A stretch of DNA of 57,755 nucleotides, filler included, from Diploschistes diacapsis (taxonomy: Eukaryota): assembly GCA_023645945.1 (NCBI GenBank). It is 4 parts of 4 records of this genome, joined end to end, with 100 filler letters (N's around TTAATTAATTAA, not from the genome) between each part and the next. Parts side by side here need not be neighbours in the genome. Positions count along the whole stretch, not along the records: positions 43,432 to 57,755 come from JALAIB010000609.1; 3 more parts are not named here. One strand, given 5' to 3'. Position numbers and translations under genes: made by a program. The notes beneath the pieces are model-generated. The model worked only from the letters and a program-made list of their open reading frames with translations, made no database searches and had not been told where the DNA came from. Positions 52,022-57,755 of this stretch are shown piece by piece (position 1 is the stretch's first letter; the number at the start of each line of letters is the position of its first letter).

Positions 52022-52913
52022 GGGCCCGCTCGGAATTAGACCGCTGGCACTGGCGCCATCATGGCGCACAGAGCCAAGCAATTCACAGACAAGCTTCAAA
52101 CTTCAAACGGGATATTTTCGCAGTTTTTAGATTAGAAAGTTAGCGGCCCTCGCTTTGCCCAAGGTAGAAATACTGCGACGGTGACAGACTAATTCCTACA
52201 AGATCTCCGCGGACGGCCCCCGGCTGACAGGCTCGTCCCGTCCGATGCCCAGATGCATGACTTAGTGCTGAGTTGTTTCAGCGGGCCCGGATGAATATGA
52301 ATCCATCCGGTTTTTTTTATTCTTCGCGGCGTTGTCCTTATGCAATGCACCTCACAAGGTTCCCACTAACGAGAAAGCCCTGCTTCACCCAGCAGCCTTT
52401 TTTCTTTTTCTATCCCGTCCTCCACTCACGCTATTTCTTCGCCCTCCATAACAGCTCGCTACAGCTGCTTGTTGGGTTCGAACAACCCCAAAACAACCCC
52501 AAAACGTTCGCCCCCCCCATACTTTTTTGGCTCCTGGGTCCAGCTTCTCCCACCCAGCGGGGTCCTTTTCACGCTCGTCTGCAACTCCGAGCAGAATCCC
52601 CATTATTTCCCAACGTAGTTGTAGTTGGGGGGCCTTGTGGCCCGAAGGGTGTCATGTCGCTTGCCTGCAGATTCTCACGCTCCTGATCCGAGCAAGTGTT
52701 AGTAGCGACACCGGCTGAGCTATACACTTTGCTTGGAATATTTTTGTATAATTCACTTGGAGCAGTTCGATGCCGCTTCTAATTTCCTTCTGGGCGGAAC
52801 CAAGTGGCGCATTTGAGCGAGATAACAAAACAAAATGCTACTGCCCTAAATACTGACTGTGCACGGGATGATTATCGTCGTCATGACTCGCAGTTGCCAT
52901 ATCTTGTACAGAG

Positions 52914-52962
52914 TAAGCCGTAAGCCGTAAGCCCCAAGCCCCAAGCCATAAGCCATAAGCCC
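52914..52962. repeat. 7-bp tandem repeat (T/C)AAGCC(G/C/A) x7 upstream of veA
   Basis: taagccg taagccg taagccc caagccc caagcca taagcca taagccc. Confidence 0.9.
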
Positions 52963-53991
52963 AACATTCCAATCTGTTAAGTTGTATCGGTAAAGAACTA
53001 CAGAGTACCGGGAAAAGAAAGGTTTCAGAGTTCCATTATTTGTCCTTGGTGTCCATCTCCTATCGATGCTAGATCCTACGTGGGGTAGCATCCACTCACA
53101 TAGTTAGTGTCATATTGGAACACGAGAGCATTGCAGGTTTCCCATCCAGCGGATAGAGCTCTCCCCGGGGCAAGACGGGGAAATGGGGGAAGAGGGGAAG
53201 CAAAGGGCCTCATGGTAACAGGGGTGTTGCAGCTGGGCCGTTCCGATTAAAGAATCCGAGAACTGTTGGACTCAACGGTTTAAGTTCCCTGGAGGTGGAT
53301 TATGTACTTACTGTGTATGTATCGATTGGAGTGGCAGTAGTAGTAGTCCCTTAGTCCCTCTTCTAAATTTCGTCCATCTCTTCTTCGTCTCATTTCATTT
53401 TCCCGTCTTTGGGTTCATGTTCCCTTACTACTACTACACGGTCCACATACTGCCACAACTTCCACAACTTCTCTTCCTCGCTTTCTCTCCTCCACACCTT
53501 TTCACAGCCTAGCCTGGCACCACAGACCCGGTCGGCACGTTACTACTTACTAGTCCCTTGCCCTGCCTATTATTCGTTTCCCCCCCTCCCCCTCCCAAAA
53601 AAAAATACTCCCATCCCATCCCTTCCTGAGACCTTGCCGCATGATTGAATCTGCCCTCCTCTCCCTCTTCCTAACATCTCCAGCGTATTTCTTGAATCTC
53701 TCTATTCTATTATTCAATTTTCATCATTACCATCAAAGAGTAATAGACTGCGACAGTCTGCAGAGCCACAACACTCTTGTATCATTTTTTCTCTTTCTCT
53801 TTTCTCTTTTCTCTTTCCCTTTTTGCCTTCGATTGCACTCGTGGCCTACCAATCTCGGTGCTCGGTGCGCGCAAGTCGGTCGGTGGTTTCTGGTTCGACA
53901 AGTCGTTGTGCTCAAGCTCAAACGCTTCACAACGAGCGCGTCCACACGTCATTGCGAGACTTGGAATAGCCATTGAACAAGTTTTTGGACA

Positions 53992-54009
53992 TTGTTGTTG
54001 TTGTTGTTG
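53992..54009. repeat. (TTG)6 repeat in the veA leader region
   Basis: Direct reading. Confidence 0.85.
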
Positions 54010-54066
54010 AAGAGTTATTCTCGCCTCGCTTTCAAGCGCTCGAGCCAAACCGGCCGTTGCTCAGAA

Positions 54067-55831
54067 ATGGCTTCCATTCGGGTTCCGAACGAGACCGAGG
54101 CGTCCTTCACTCGCACCACCAGAGACGGACGGACGCTCAGATATGAGATGAAGGTTGGTGGCACCGTTGGTGGAGCCCCAAGATCTTCCTGACTGATGTT
54201 CTGTCGTCCAGGTCCTGCAGCAACCCCAGCGTGCAAGAGCTTGCGGCTCTGGAGCCAAGTCCTCCGCCGACAGGCGCCCCGTCGACCCTCCACCCGTCGT
54301 CGAGTTGAAGATCTTCGATGCCGAGACCAAGAACGATGTCACCTTCTCCCACAATGCCAACTTCTTTCTGTACACCACCCTCGAATCCGCCCGCGCCATC
54401 GCTCCCATTCGTGGGAACAACGTGCCCGCACCGTTCCCTGTCCTCACCGGCACGCCGGTGGCCGGTATGGCCTACCTTGACCGCCCCGTGCCTGCAGGCT
54501 ACTTCATCTTCCCCGATCTCTCTGTGCGCCACGAGGGAAAGTACAGGCTCAGCTTCAACCTGTACGAGGAGCTCAAAGAAGAAAAGGATGCTGACATGCA
54601 GCCAATGGCGAACAATGCCAGGAACGGCTTGATGGCACCAAATGCTCACGTGTCCTTCCGTCTGGAGGTCAAGTCGGAGCCTTTCATCGTGTACAGCGCG
54701 AAGAAGTTCCCGGGTCTCGCCGAGAGCACCAACCTGAGCCGAGTCGTCGCCGAGCAAGGCTGCCGCGTTCGCATTCGCCGTGACGTCCGCATGCGCCGTC
54801 GTGAGAATAAGCCCAACAAAGATTTCGACGACTACGAAGACGACGCCGCTGCCTATCGCGGCGACCGCTTCAGCACTCCCGACACCTACAGCCAGAATGC
54901 TGCCATGGAGCGAGCCCGGTCCGTCAGCGCATCCAGCGTAGACAACAACGGCCACCAATTTCCGGCCGTCGACCGCCGCGCCTCGAGTCACGACCAAACG
55001 TACTATAGTCAAGCTCCATACCAGCAACCTCCTCTGCAAGCGCCCGTTCCTCAGCAACCTATCAACTTCAACTCTCATCTGGCCTTTGGGAGCGCTCCGC
55101 CATACCAAGCGCCTGCCATGCCCAGCGGTGCTCCTCAAACGAACCAGCCAATGTACCCATACAACCAGCAGCAGCAGCAACAACAACAACCACATCAACA
55201 GGTGCATCATGCCCATTCCCGTCATCCCTCGAACTCTTCCACCCTGGAGTACCCCACCTCGCAATCCTTCCAACAACCATCGCACTTCCCCGCTCAGTCC
55301 TCTTACCAGGATATTGTGTCCCAGCGCCCTACTAGCCAGCCCACACCTCAACAGCCTCGCGAATGCAACATGTATCCGGCTATTGATTCGAAATTCATGG
55401 CCGGCCACCAGCCTTACTATGCTCAGAACTCTGACTCCCGCTCCGACACGCCTTCGAACCCTCAACAGCTTCTCCCGCCACTGAAAACCCTACAACCTCT
55501 CGGCGAAAGGAGCTCCATCAACAATTTCCTCACTGCTTCCTCGCCTACCACTGGCTACGAATCAGGTGCCGGTGCGTATGGCTTTTCTTCGAATCACATG
55601 GCCCCTACCAAAGGCAAGCGAACCTACGACAAGGTGTTCGATACCGCTCACATCAGCAACTCGGTTACCGATGGCGGTCGTCCGGATGCCGTAGGCCAGG
55701 ACGTTCTGCAGATCGACGCGGACGAGGACGGTCTCGTCGATGAAGACCACTTTGCTCAGCTCAAGATGCTCTCCTACAGGAGAGCTGACGGAAGCAGGCA
55801 GCACAAGAAGATTCCGTCGCCAATCTCGTGA
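54067..55831 (+). CDS. veA: Velvet complex regulator VeA, about 568 aa; 2 exons
   Basis: [54 protein letters not shown], then [62 protein letters not shown] and a C-terminal MLSYRRADG. Intron 54154-54211. Confidence 0.98.
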
Positions 55832-56926
55832 TGGGTGATTAATGTTTTTTGCCGGAGCTAGGGCCATGGGAATACATGACGCCCATCTTGCATTCTTAAA
55901 TGTGATTTATACGGCAAATTCTTTTGAGTTATGACGCCACTTGGGGCCTTGGATTACTGGGGAACGATTTTCCTATGTTTCGAACTCTTCACAGTCACTT
56001 GCCGGTCCTCTCTATTTTCGATCCGCTTTTCGTGTCACGAATACACGCCGTGCTTGGATGTTATTGATGTGGTTTTGGGACTTGGCAAACCAAAGTCTTG
56101 CGTCTGAAGTAGAGGGCAACGATTGGATTGTTCGGCCTTTTCGGCGGTTTGGATTTGATGCTGCAACAGATATCCCTGAAATTAGCGAGAGTTTTGGCGT
56201 GCATGCCTTACCGGTGATGTTGCCAAGAGCAAGCAACCCGTTGCGAAGAACAAGAGGGACGATAAGGAGGCGTTGGGGAGGTTATGAAAACAATAGCTCA
56301 CTAGGTAGCCAACTACTTTGGAGAGTCGGGCTCTAGTAATACAGTTTCTTCATCTGGTAATAGATTTCTTATTTCCCTGAGATTAGCAGATTGGTCAAGT
56401 CCATAGTGCGTATCAGGGGCGAAGGCCTCCAGACGAATGGGTCAATTTGGAACGGCAGATCAGACACAAGCACTAACGTGTCCAATATAAATAAGACGAA
56501 TGTTCACATGATGTATGAATGGATAGATGCTGCTACAAGTGTCTTCGTTTTGATCGAGTGGTAGATGCTGTATAGCTGGTGCTTCCAGCTCGTTCTCTTA
56601 AATATTCCTATATAATAAGGAAGACAGATAGGTTTCAGATCTTGAAACACTCGAACGGTTTTTTTGATTCCCCGGTATGACAATTGTTTCGCAAGCCCGT
56701 AAACCCCGATTGTTTCGGCGCGTGTGAAGACGAAGCTTCCATGCTCACAATCCACCGCATATCCCGTATCGAAATCGACGTCCCCAACAAACCCCCCAAC
56801 CCATACAGAAAATGCCCAAAAGTCATAGCTGCAATCGAAAAACAATCCTCAGAAAGAAAAAAAGAAGAAAAAAAATTAAGGAACAGAAATTTCCGAGCTC
56901 CCCCTTTTTCGAAACGGAGCTCGGGC

Positions 56927-57088
56927 CTATTCCAGCTCGAAAATGGTCTCCTCGAAATCCATGGCATTGCGCTGGTAGACATCGTCGAACGGGTCCGGCT
57001 CCCGGGCCGCGATGTTGTAGGGGTAGCGGTACTGGGCGGAGACCAGGGTGATGGAGAGGAGGGCGAGGAATGTGGCGAAGGCCCTCAT
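56927..57088 (-). CDS. Small secreted peptide precursor, 53 aa (not in the ORF track)
   Basis: MRAFATFLALLSITLVSA-QYRYPYNIAAREPDPFDDVYQRNAMDFEETIFELE*. It has a strong signal peptide, C/G-ending codon bias, a CAAAAAAATG start context, a pyrimidine-rich leader and an upstream TATATAA. Confidence 0.8.
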   Translation of the reverse strand: MRAFATFLALLSITLVSAQYRYPYNIAAREPDPFDDVYQRNAMDFEETIFELE

Positions 57089-57256
57089 TTTTTTGGACGG
57101 AGGGAGTTAGGTGTTGGCTGTGGGCGTTTGGTTGGTTCCTTGTGTGTAAGGGGGATTTGAGGGATGGAGGGTTTTGAGGTTCAGAGAGTGAGGGTGCAGT
57201 GTAGAGGGAAATCGAGTTGATGCTAGGGGGGGAAGGGGATTTGTACTTGCCGTATG

Positions 57257-57263
57257 TTATATA
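57257..57263 (-). promoter_or_regulatory. Putative TATA box (TATATAA) of the small secreted peptide gene
   Basis: About 170 bp upstream of the ATG at 57088, followed by a C/T-rich leader. Confidence 0.55.
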
Positions 57264-57755
57264 GAGAGCGATGCGGAGAGGCTGTGTGCTGGTTTAAGGT
57301 TGTTTTGTTGGATATAACAGCCGGATGTCGTTGGGTGGGGAAAACAAGGCAAAGCAGAGAGCGGATAACATGTTTGTCCGACAGCCGCATCTATCGTACT
57401 TCCCGCACCGGGTGCCCCGTTTTCGTCAGACACTTCGCAAGGCACCGGCCAAAAGCTCTGGATACTGCAATTGCTCGATTACCATGCCAAACTTCACTTG
57501 CCGCCACAAAACCCCTCTGGTGCCGCCTAAGCTCTTGAACGCCCCAGCCTAGCAGTTCCCATTGTTCGGGATCCAGCCTACTCTCCCTCGACGCGTGCCA
57601 GCAAAGATGGCAGGCCAGCCCGCCGACCCCTTCCTCGAAGTCCAAGAGTACCGCTCCCCTCTCTTCCCATTTCCCCACCCATCCCGCTTCCCCGTAACCG
57701 GCCCCTCTCTTTCTGCTCTTCCCGCAATCTCCACCTCACTTCCCTCTCTCCCTTC

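Noticed and set aside
54137..55465. 442-aa antisense ORF over veA
   Set aside because: Shadow of veA codon bias with no recognisable protein features.
1..57755. tRNA, rRNA, transposase or Starship captain genes
   Set aside because: GTTCRA-like hits lack cloverleaf context and no DDE, RT or tyrosine-recombinase motifs were seen by eye; tRNAscan and Rfam searches would be needed to exclude them fully.

Overview
Eukaryotic DNA from a filamentous ascomycete (Pezizomycotina), shown by short GT-AG introns with CTRAC branch points, veA, histone H1 and Mss4. The window is not one locus. It is four separate contigs (14409, 14396, 14326 and 14324 bp, in descending size) joined by artificial 100-nt spacers (N44-TTAATTAATTAA-N44), so gene adjacency across the spacers has no biological meaning. 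Contig 1 carries an ORP1-like hypothetical protein, a short-chain dehydrogenase, histone H1 and PI4P 5-kinase. Contig 2 carries a possible Saw1-like protein, about 6 kb of gene-poor DNA with a MITE-like inverted repeat, a Myb/SANT-like protein, Sam37/metaxin and an Mx-like dynamin. Contig 3 carries the 3' end of L-2-hydroxyglutarate dehydrogenase, three disrupted genes and a gamma-tubulin complex subunit. Contig 4 carries a secreted lectin-like protein, an unknown membrane protein, a secreted Lys-rich protein, veA and a 53-aa secreted peptide gene missed by the ORF track. The most interesting candidate system is a set of secreted precursors with Kex2/Ste13-type processing motifs. All family assignments come from motif recognition only; no database search was run.
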